Positions 26,565 through 33,009 of a stretch of 33,009 bases of DNA are shown in pieces; within the stretch, counting starts at the first letter, position 1, and the number at the start of each line of letters is the position of its first letter. Source of the DNA: Candidatus Obscuribacterales bacterium (GTDB lineage: Bacteria; Cyanobacteriota; Vampirovibrionia; Obscuribacterales; Obscuribacteraceae); NCBI GenBank assembly GCA_036703665.1, contig DATNRD010000099.1, forward strand, positions 1 through 33,009, read 5' to 3'. The notes under the pieces were generated by a model. That model saw only the letters and a program-made list of their open reading frames with translations, was not told the origin of the DNA and did not search any database. Made by a program: the position numbers and the translations under genes.

Positions 26565-29111
26565 ATGTTAACATCGAGCAGGTACGAGCACGTCGAACAG
26601 CTTAAAGAGGGAATCCCGGGAAGCCGCTACATGTTTCAGACACCGTCTTTGCACCTGAGATTCCCGCCCAGCCGACAATCCCGCGCCAGCCTTGCCCTGG
26701 CGTTCCTGGTGACAGGACTGCTCATGCTGTGCGCGCCCCAGCAGGCTCTCTCTCAGAAAACGCTCTGGGAGACCTACATTGAGGGCGGCCGGAAGGCGTA
26801 CGTGCAGGGAAACTACACCGACGCCGAAAGGTTCTTCAAGGAGGCCCTCGAGGCCGCGACAGCTGCCGGAGACAGGGGAATCCGATTGGAACGCAGTCTT
26901 TTGAATTTGGGTACCGTGTATCGCGATCAGGCCAAGTATGCCGAGGCAGAGAAATTGCTTAAACAGGCAATATTGGTCATGGAAGCCGGCAAGCTGGCCG
27001 AACAAACGGACATGGCGCTTGCCTTGAATAATCTGGCAGGACTGTACCAGATGCAGGGGCGCACAGCCGAAGCGATCGAGCTCTACAACCGTTCGGTCGG
27101 GATCGCGCAAAAGCGGTTGGGAAGCAAAAATCCGGAGCTCGCCCTGGAGCTCAACAACCTGGCTTATGTCTACGTTGTGGCAGGCAAGTACGCGGATGCC
27201 GCCGCAGTGCTCAGGAGATCGATCAGCCTCTTCGACAACTCGAAGAAGCGCAATTCACTCTATTACGCAGTTACCCTCTTCAATCTTGCGTTTCTCGATC
27301 AAGAGACCGGCAACTTCGTAAATGCAGAAAAGCTCTATAAGCAGGCACTGGATGTCTGCGAGAAGTCGGCCGGGAAAGATCACAGATATACCGCAGGCGC
27401 TCTGACGGCCCTGGGTGAGCTGTACACGCGCCAGGGAAAGTATGTCGATGCCGAAGCCCTCTTGAAGCGTTCTCTGGAGATTATGGAAAGAGTGCACGGC
27501 CCCGGGCATCCTGAGATCGCCGGCGTCTTGCACGAGCTGGGCTCTGCGTATCTCATGCAGGGCAAGTACCAGATGGCCGAGCCCCTCTGCCGAAAGGCGC
27601 TTGACATAGCTGAGACAGCGCTGGGACCGGACCATCCCGCTGTCGCTTCCGGGCTTAACGATCTTGCCTTCGTCTACCAGCAACAGGGGAATTACTCCGA
27701 GGCTGAACCGCTTCTTGAAAGGGCGCTCAAAATCAGAGAGCAAAAATTCGGCTATGACCATGCCAAGACGGCTCAAAGCATGAAGCATCTAGCCGTGCTC
27801 TATCAAGACGAGGGCAAGCTGGAGCAATCCGAAGCATTGCTGACAAAAGCGCTTGCAATAGCGGAAAAACAGCTCGGTCCCCAACATGCCGACGTAGCTG
27901 AGATAGTGCGGCTCCTGGCCAGGATTTACGCCAGGCAAGGGAAATATGATCTAGCCGAACCGCTCTATAAGAGATCGCTTGTTGCCACTAAACACGCTCT
28001 CGGAGCGGACAACGTGCAGTATGCTGCTGGGCTGCGCGATCTCGGCTCTCTGTATCAAATGCAGGACAACCTCTCGGAAGCCGAACGGCTCTATCTCCAG
28101 GTGCTGGCCATTGACGAAAAATCGCTAGGTCCCGGCAGCGCCAGGGTAGCCAGCGACCTCGAAGCACTGGCAAAGGTATACACTGCGCTGGGCGACAAGG
28201 CAAAAGCCGGGGAAATGAGCGCCCGGGCAGAACAAATCAAGAGTGCGCTACCGGGCGCTCGTTACCTCAACAAGCTGGCTGAGTCTCTGGGCAGCGATGA
28301 TGCTCGAAGTGCTCGCGGGATCGACAGACCGGTCGCCGACAAATGGGCTCTGGTAATCGGTATAAGCAACTTCAAGGATTCCTCGATAAACCTCAAATAC
28401 GCGGCCAAGGATGCCACCGATTTCCGCAACTTTCTCGTTAACCGAGCCGGCTTCCAACCCGACCACGTCAAGCTGCTCACCGACTCCGGCGCCAATCGTG
28501 AAAATATTGTCGGGCAGCTCGGAGAAAAATGGCTTGGACGTCTGGCCAATCGCGACGACCTGGTCGTCATCTATATATCGAGCCACGCCAGCGGCGCCAA
28601 AGAAGAAGCCGGCGGGGTGAACTTTCTGGTCGCCTACGACACCAACAAGAACAGTCTTCTATCCACAGGCATTCCCATGCAGTGGCTGACGAACATCATC
28701 AAGGAGCAGGTGCACAGCGACCGCGTGGTGCTCATTATGGATGTTTGCCATGGGGGCGCAGCCGCGCCCGGCGAAAAAGGTCTGACCCGCACGGGCGGAC
28801 TCGATCTCGACCAGCTCAACATAGGCAGCGGACAAGCAATCCTGTGCTCGAGCCTTGCCGATCAGGTGTCCTGGGAATCCAAGAACTATCAAAACAGCGT
28901 CTTCACCAGACGGCTGCTGGAGGCGCTCGAATCGAGCGGCGACAAGACCACTCTAACTGAGGCTTACCTCAACTTGCGCGACGCCGTGGAGTCGGAAGTC
29001 CTGCGTGACCGGGGTGAACTGCAAACGCCCGTTCTGAACAAGAAGCAGTGGAAGGGCCGCGATGCCGTCATCTCGGTGCAACCGGCCAAGCCACGTCCCG
29101 GTCTGCCGTAA
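26565..29111 (+). CDS. Exported TPR-array protein fused to a C-terminal caspase-like peptidase C14 domain (orthocaspase/metacaspase-like)
   Basis: Signal/anchor-like segment RQSRASLALAFLVTGLLMLCAPQQALSQ. Ten in-phase 42-residue TPR units at 26886-28145. C14 domain from about 28338: KWALVIGISNF...AAKDATDF..., His in VVIYISSHAS (codon 28584-28586) and Cys in VVLIMDVCHGG (codon 28746-28748). ATG 26631 (GGGAAG 7 nt upstream) is an alternative start. Confidence 0.88.
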   Translation: MLTSSRYEHVEQLKEGIPGSRYMFQTPSLHLRFPPSRQSRASLALAFLVTGLLMLCAPQQALSQKTLWETYIEGGRKAYVQGNYTDAERFFKEALEAATAAGDRGIRLERSLLNLGTVYRDQAKYAEAEKLLKQAILVMEAGKLAEQTDMALALNNLAGLYQMQGRTAEAIELYNRSVGIAQKRLGSKNPELALELNNLAYVYVVAGKYADAAAVLRRSISLFDNSKKRNSLYYAVTLFNLAFLDQETGNFVNAEKLYKQALDVCEKSAGKDHRYTAGALTALGELYTRQGKYVDAEALLKRSLEIMERVHGPGHPEIAGVLHELGSAYLMQGKYQMAEPLCRKALDIAETALGPDHPAVASGLNDLAFVYQQQGNYSEAEPLLERALKIREQKFGYDHAKTAQSMKHLAVLYQDEGKLEQSEALLTKALAIAEKQLGPQHADVAEIVRLLARIYARQGKYDLAEPLYKRSLVATKHALGADNVQYAAGLRDLGSLYQMQDNLSEAERLYLQVLAIDEKSLGPGSARVASDLEALAKVYTALGDKAKAGEMSARAEQIKSALPGARYLNKLAESLGSDDARSARGIDRPVADKWALVIGISNFKDSSINLKYAAKDATDFRNFLVNRAGFQPDHVKLLTDSGANRENIVGQLGEKWLGRLANRDDLVVIYISSHASGAKEEAGGVNFLVAYDTNKNSLLSTGIPMQWLTNIIKEQVHSDRVVLIMDVCHGGAAAPGEKGLTRTGGLDLDQLNIGSGQAILCSSLADQVSWESKNYQNSVFTRRLLEALESSGDKTTLTEAYLNLRDAVESEVLRDRGELQTPVLNKKQWKGRDAVISVQPAKPRPGLP

Positions 29112-29151
29112 TGCATCGCAGGTAGGCAGCTACGCCTTCTGTTGATTCGCC

Positions 29152-29191
29152 GGGAGCGCCGGCTTCCGGCCGGCGCGATCCGGGCGCTCCC
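29152..29191. terminator. GC-rich hairpin between convergent genes; possible bidirectional terminator
   Basis: GGGAGCGCC (29152-29160) pairs with GGCGCTCCC (29183-29191). The 22-nt loop contains CCGGCCGG. It lies between the TPR-caspase stop (29111) and the RRM gene stop (29268). There is no clear U-tract. Confidence 0.2.
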
Positions 29192-29267
29192 AGGGCAACG
29201 AGCACCCTCATCTGCGTCATTATTACGGCAGCGTCTGTACGCCCGGTTAGGCGGATTGCAGCGCGAA

Positions 29268-29549
29268 TCAGTAACGACCGCGTGGGCGGCTGCCGCTGCG
29301 TGGCTTCGGCTCCGAAAGATTTACGGCTAGCGACCGGCCGTCGACATCACGGGAATTGAGCCCTTTGATGGCGGCCTCGGCTTCGGCTTGCGATGCCATC
29401 TCGACGAATCCGAAACCCCTCGGGCGGCCCGTGTCTCTATCCTTTATGGTCACAGCCGAGACCACCTGACCATACGAGCCGAACAGCTCTGCCAGGTCAG
29501 CATCCGTAATGCGGTAGGACAGGTTCCCTACAAACAGCTTGTTATTCAT
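29268..29549 (-). CDS. RRM-type RNA-binding protein (single RNA recognition motif with short Arg/Gly tail)
   Basis: RNP2 is KLFVGNL and RNP1 is RGFGFVEM. GGAGA lies upstream of ATG 29549 (MNNKLFVGNLSY...). The listed ORF extends upstream to 29618 without RRM similarity. Confidence 0.88.
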   Translation of the reverse strand: MNNKLFVGNLSYRITDADLAELFGSYGQVVSAVTIKDRDTGRPRGFGFVEMASQAEAEAAIKGLNSRDVDGRSLAVNLSEPKPRSGSRPRGRY

Positions 29550-30018
29550 CAGTATTCTCCAATCTCCGACCGAACGACTCAATAGAGATTGAGAACACCG
29601 GCCCGAATAAGTAGACACAACAATTATGCCAGATTCCGTGTAAATTCACACCCCGGCTCCGACGTCACCCGCCGCACTGCCCTAGCACGCCTATCCTGCC
29701 AGGTGGGCTCCCCCGCGGCTCGCCCGGGTCACGCAGATTAAGCACATTTCCCGCAAACGCTCCGCCAGCGGCAGTTTGGGTCACATGCGCCCGACCAGGA
29801 CAAAAGAAATCTTTTGACATCCTGCTTGACTTGTGCCATACTTACGTAGACCCTGGCGGGTATGGGCACTGAAGGTCAGCAGGTTCGGACGTCTGTCGTT
29901 CCCTGAAGCTGGCTGCCGGTAAAGTGACGAGCAAGAGGCTCTAGGCGCGGCGCAGGGTTGTGGAAAAGACAAGAGTTGAATGGCTGATCGAGCCAGTGTT
30001 TGAAACAAGGAAATCAGA

Positions 30019-31182
30019 TTGAGAAATTTTGCTGAGCTTGGCTTGTCCAAGCCTATACTCGCTGCATTGAGAGAATGCGGCTACACAGAACCAACCGAGA
30101 TTCAACGAAAAACTATAGGAGTGATGCTGTCGGGGCAGGACGTAATGGCCTCGGCTCAAACGGGTTCCGGGAAGACGGCCGCCTTCGCCCTGCCCATCAT
30201 AGAGTGCCTGGAGGAGCCGGATAGCAAACCCAGGGCCCTTGTTCTTGTACCCACCCGCGAACTGGCCCTGCAGGTCGAAGAGCAGTTCATGCTCTTCGGC
30301 AAGTATTCTCGGCTTCGCAGCGTCACCCTCTACGGTGGCACCGGCTACGAAAGCCAAACTCGCGCCCTGAGACGCGGGGTGGACATTATTGTGGCTACGC
30401 CCGGCAGACTCCTCGATTACATCGAACGCAAGATGGTGGATCTTGCGAGCATAGAGATACTTGTACTGGATGAGGCCGATCGCCTGCTGGATATGGGCTT
30501 TATGCCCCAGGTCAGGCGAATTGTCGCCCGTCTGTCGAGGGAGCGACAGACGGCGATGTTCTCAGCCACGATTGACAGGCAGGTAGAGCAGATAGCATGG
30601 GAATTTCTCATCGACCCGGTAACAGTTCAAGCAAACAAACAACAAATCGAGCCGACCGAGATCGATCAGCGCATTTTCCACGTTCACGAGTTCGGCAAGG
30701 ATGCGCTTCTTGCCAGGCTCATAGGCGATCTCAACATGACATCGGTGCTGGTCTTCACAAGCACCAAGCGCAAGGCTACCTGGGTCAAGAGCAGGCTGCG
30801 TGATCTGAGCGTCCCGGCCGAAGAGATTCACGGCGACATTGCCCAGAGTCAGCGTGAGAAGACTCTGACCAGGTACAGAGAAGGAAACTTCCAGGTTCTC
30901 GTCGCAACCGATGTTGCCGCCAGAGGTCTCGACATACCCCACATCAGTCACGTCGTGAATTATGATCTGCCGGAATCCCCGGAAGACTATGTGCACAGAA
31001 TCGGGCGAACCGGAAGAGCGGGGCGCTCAGGTATGGCGCTTTCATTCGTTTCCGAAGAGCAGCGCCACCTCGTGCGAGAGATAGAAAAGTTAATCGGTCG
31101 CCCGCTCGATCCCGGTAAGCAGAGCGACAAGACTCCAGCGCCGCGCCGCTTTGGATCGATGAGGAGACAGCGGGTCGTCTAG
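30019..31182 (+). CDS. DEAD-box ATP-dependent RNA helicase (core-only, RhlE-like)
   Basis: Q-motif FAELGL...TEPTEIQ, then AQTGSGKT, PTRELA, VLDEADRLLDMGF, SAT, and HRIGRTGRAG. The only start that keeps the Q-motif is TTG 30019, with AAGGA 7 nt upstream and an in-frame TGA at 30001. Confidence 0.93.
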   Translation: MRNFAELGLSKPILAALRECGYTEPTEIQRKTIGVMLSGQDVMASAQTGSGKTAAFALPIIECLEEPDSKPRALVLVPTRELALQVEEQFMLFGKYSRLRSVTLYGGTGYESQTRALRRGVDIIVATPGRLLDYIERKMVDLASIEILVLDEADRLLDMGFMPQVRRIVARLSRERQTAMFSATIDRQVEQIAWEFLIDPVTVQANKQQIEPTEIDQRIFHVHEFGKDALLARLIGDLNMTSVLVFTSTKRKATWVKSRLRDLSVPAEEIHGDIAQSQREKTLTRYREGNFQVLVATDVAARGLDIPHISHVVNYDLPESPEDYVHRIGRTGRAGRSGMALSFVSEEQRHLVREIEKLIGRPLDPGKQSDKTPAPRRFGSMRRQRVV

Positions 31183-31321
31183 TGGCCGTGATGCACACTG
31201 CAGGCCGTGCGCATCACAGGTGATGCCTGGAGTGCCGGCGTACCTCGACACCCCTGCTTCACTGGCTGTGGATGTTGAGAGTGCAAGTATTCGGCCAAGA
31301 CAGGTGCTCGTACGGACGTTC

Positions 31322-31411
31322 TGTCATCCTCTTAGGCAGCACGAAGGATCTCGTCTCTGCACAAGGAGATCCTTCGCCCCTCTCGCTTTGCTCAAGTGCC
31401 TCAGGATGACA
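31322..31411. repeat. Nested-palindrome REP/MITE-like intergenic element (~90 nt)
   Basis: Outer arms TGTCATCCT (31322-31330) and AGGATGACA (31403-31411). Inner perfect 10-bp arms GAAGGATCTC (31343-31352) and GAGATCCTTC (31366-31375) enclose a 13-nt loop. The bottom strand reads GTCATCCTGAG...GCGAAGGATCTC. Confidence 0.5.
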
Positions 31412-31636
31412 ATTTCGTGCTCGGAGACCTATGTTGGCGAAACTTTACTAGCCGGTGGTTACCTTTTGGTGCTCATTCTCATTTACGCCCAACATTGCTA
31501 GGATCGGAAGTCACGGCCGAGATCTGCATTTAGTTAGACAACTTGGCAGCCAAAAATGCAAGCCACACGCGGCGCTGTGTGCGGCGGAAGCATCGTATCC
31601 GTGCATGGCATCTCAATGCCAGGAGGCGAATCAGCG

Positions 31637-33009
31637 ATGAACGATCCCGTAATAATTCAAGGTGGAATGGGTGTGGCAGTATCAAACTGGCGATTGGCCA
31701 GAGCTGTCTCCCAGGCCGGTCAACTGGGGGTCGTTTCGGGAACATTTCTCGATGCGGTTGTGGCTCGACGCCTGCAGGATGGCGACATGGATGGGTCCAT
31801 GCGCAGGGCATTCGATCACTTCCCGTATCAAGATGTCGCCCAAAGAATCTGGGATCGCTATTTCGTAGAGGGCGGCAAGGCACCGGCCGAAGCGTATCGC
31901 CCGGTGCCAATGCACGGTGCCAGCCCGCAGACCGGACTTACAGAGCTGACCGTGGTGGCAAATTTTGCCGAGGTGTTCCTCGCAAAAGAGGGGCACAATG
32001 GGCTTGTAGGTATCAACTACCTTATGAAAATCGAGCTTCCCACTTTGCCGTCGCTGTATGGCGCTCTGTTGGCAGGCGTCGACTACGTCCTTATGGGAGC
32101 AGGCATACCCAGAGCGATTCCAGGCATGCTTGACAAGCTGAGCCGGCACGAGCCGGTGAGCCTGAAGCTGGACGTAAAAGACGCTGAACCCGGTGAAGAA
32201 TTCGAGATCACGTTCGACCCGCGCGTCTTCACACCGCGCGCTGCCGCTGCCCTTGTGCGGCCGAAGTTCTTGCCCATCGTGTCATCGGCGACACTGGCGC
32301 AGTCGCTGGCCAGAAAGGCCAGCGGCACTGTCGATGGCTTCGTCGTCGAGCACCATACTGCCGGCGGGCATAACGCGCCGCCCCGCGGTGGAGTGACGGT
32401 CGACGAGCATGGCGAGCCTGTTTATGGACCCAAGGACGAATTCGATCTGGAAGGCTTCAGGAAACTCGGCCTGCCGTTCTGGCTGGCCGGGTCCTGCGCC
32501 TCTCCGGAAAAACTGAAGGAAGCGCAGCAGGCCGGGGCACGGGGCGTTCAAGTTGGATCGGCGTTCGCATACTGTCGCGAATCGGGCATCCGGCAAGACA
32601 TAAAAGAGCGTGTCATTGAAAGTATCTTACGAGGGCAAGCACGCGTCTTCACCGATCCGCTTGCTTCGGCTTCCGGTTACCCCTTCAAAATCGTCGCGGT
32701 CGAAGGGTCGCTGTCCGAGAGCGACGTGTACGAGACTCGACCGAGAATCTGCGATCTGGGGTACCTGAGGACGGCATATAGACGGTCTGACGGGTCCGTC
32801 GGCTTCCGTTGCCCGGCAGAGCCGGTGGAGGACTACGTACGCAAGGGCGGTCGAGCGGAAGACGTCGTCGGCAAGAAATGCCTCTGCAACGGGCTTATGT
32901 CTACGGTCGGTTACCCGCAAATCCAAAAACACGGTTACCTCGAGCCACCGTTGATCACGGCCGGCAAAGACCTATCCGTCATCGCGCGCCTGGTGGCCCC
33001 GGGTGAAAC
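31637..33009 (+). CDS. Nitronate monooxygenase / 2-nitropropane dioxygenase-family FMN protein (long form); 3-prime end outside window
   Basis: Not in the supplied ORF track. I translated frame 2 by hand from ATG 31637 (AGGAGG 10 nt upstream) to base 33009 and found 457 codons with no stop. Motifs: MNDPVIIQGGMGVAVSNWRLARAVSQAGQLGVVSG, GVDYVLMGAGIP, VDGFVVEHHTAGGHNAP, GVQVGSAFA. Confidence 0.75.
   Translation, partial: MNDPVIIQGGMGVAVSNWRLARAVSQAGQLGVVSGTFLDAVVARRLQDGDMDGSMRRAFDHFPYQDVAQRIWDRYFVEGGKAPAEAYRPVPMHGASPQTGLTELTVVANFAEVFLAKEGHNGLVGINYLMKIELPTLPSLYGALLAGVDYVLMGAGIPRAIPGMLDKLSRHEPVSLKLDVKDAEPGEEFEITFDPRVFTPRAAAALVRPKFLPIVSSATLAQSLARKASGTVDGFVVEHHTAGGHNAPPRGGVTVDEHGEPVYGPKDEFDLEGFRKLGLPFWLAGSCASPEKLKEAQQAGARGVQVGSAFAYCRESGIRQDIKERVIESILRGQARVFTDPLASASGYPFKIVAVEGSLSESDVYETRPRICDLGYLRTAYRRSDGSVGFRCPAEPVEDYVRKGGRAEDVVGKKCLCNGLMSTVGYPQIQKHGYLEPPLITAGKDLSVIARLVAPGE

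Noticed and set aside
25609-26574. 321-aa minus-strand ORF overlapping the start of the membrane-protein gene in another frame
   Set aside because: It is an Arg/Gly/Cys-rich translation with no hydrophobic periodicity. The overlapping 813-aa frame gives a coherent polytopic membrane protein.
26565-29111. Idea that the TPR-caspase is part of a gasdermin-type or STAND/Avs-type antiphage defence system
   Set aside because: No gasdermin-like (~250-aa) gene, NTPase/STAND domain, nuclease or other defence gene flanks it. The protein carries an export-type N-terminus, which does not fit the cytoplasmic defence proteases. Neighbours are a membrane protein and housekeeping genes.
29781-30050. 89-aa minus-strand ORF in the RRM/helicase intergenic region
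   Set aside because: It overlaps the helicase start and RBS on the opposite strand. It has no motif or RBS. The region is better explained as promoters and 5-prime UTRs.
31220-31501. 93-aa plus-strand ORF between the helicase and the NMO gene
   Set aside because: It is a read-through translation of the nested-palindrome repeat element (…CLRMT…). It has no RBS and mixed composition.

Overview
GC-rich bacterial chromosomal window. Gene content and repeat style suggest a soil Acidobacteriota-like organism, but that is inference only. I support 25 protein-coding genes (one a small low-confidence ORF), one gene relic and one tRNA. I found no rRNA, CRISPR array, transposase, integrase or phage genes. 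Layout: (1) 1-5642 is a cell-surface glycan cluster: a partial RmlC-like epimerase converging on a tightly packed five-gene minus-strand operon (GT2, DegT aminotransferase, GNAT, GT2, Gfo/Idh/MocA oxidoreductase). (2) 5.7-8.7 kb holds an Old-Yellow-Enzyme gene relic, yjbQ, tRNA-Gln(CUG) and glnS. (3) 9-14.4 kb holds a secreted TPR protein, a membrane-associated PHP-family phosphoesterase with a His/Pro/Gly-rich insertion, and two convergent NarL-class receiver domains that lack an output domain; one is a degenerate, membrane-tethered pseudo-receiver. (4) 14.6-23.9 kb is housekeeping: amidohydrolase, malQ, treS, a hypothetical protein, recQ, a CaCA exchanger and a PaaI thioesterase. (5) 24-29.1 kb is my lead candidate for an undescribed system: an orphan 813-aa protein with at least 20 hydrophobic spans, transcribed divergently from an apparently exported fusion of a ten-unit 42-residue TPR array to a caspase-like (C14) domain with an intact His/Cys dyad. 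A 19-bp palindrome sits in the shared control region. (6) 29.3-33 kb holds a divergent RRM RNA-binding protein and DEAD-box helicase pair, a nested-palindrome REP/MITE-like element, and a nitronate-monooxygenase-family gene. That last gene is absent from the supplied ORF track because it runs off the 3-prime edge. All family calls come from motif recognition by eye; no searches were run. The ORF track translates GTG/TTG starts as M, and several well-conserved genes here can only start at TTG.
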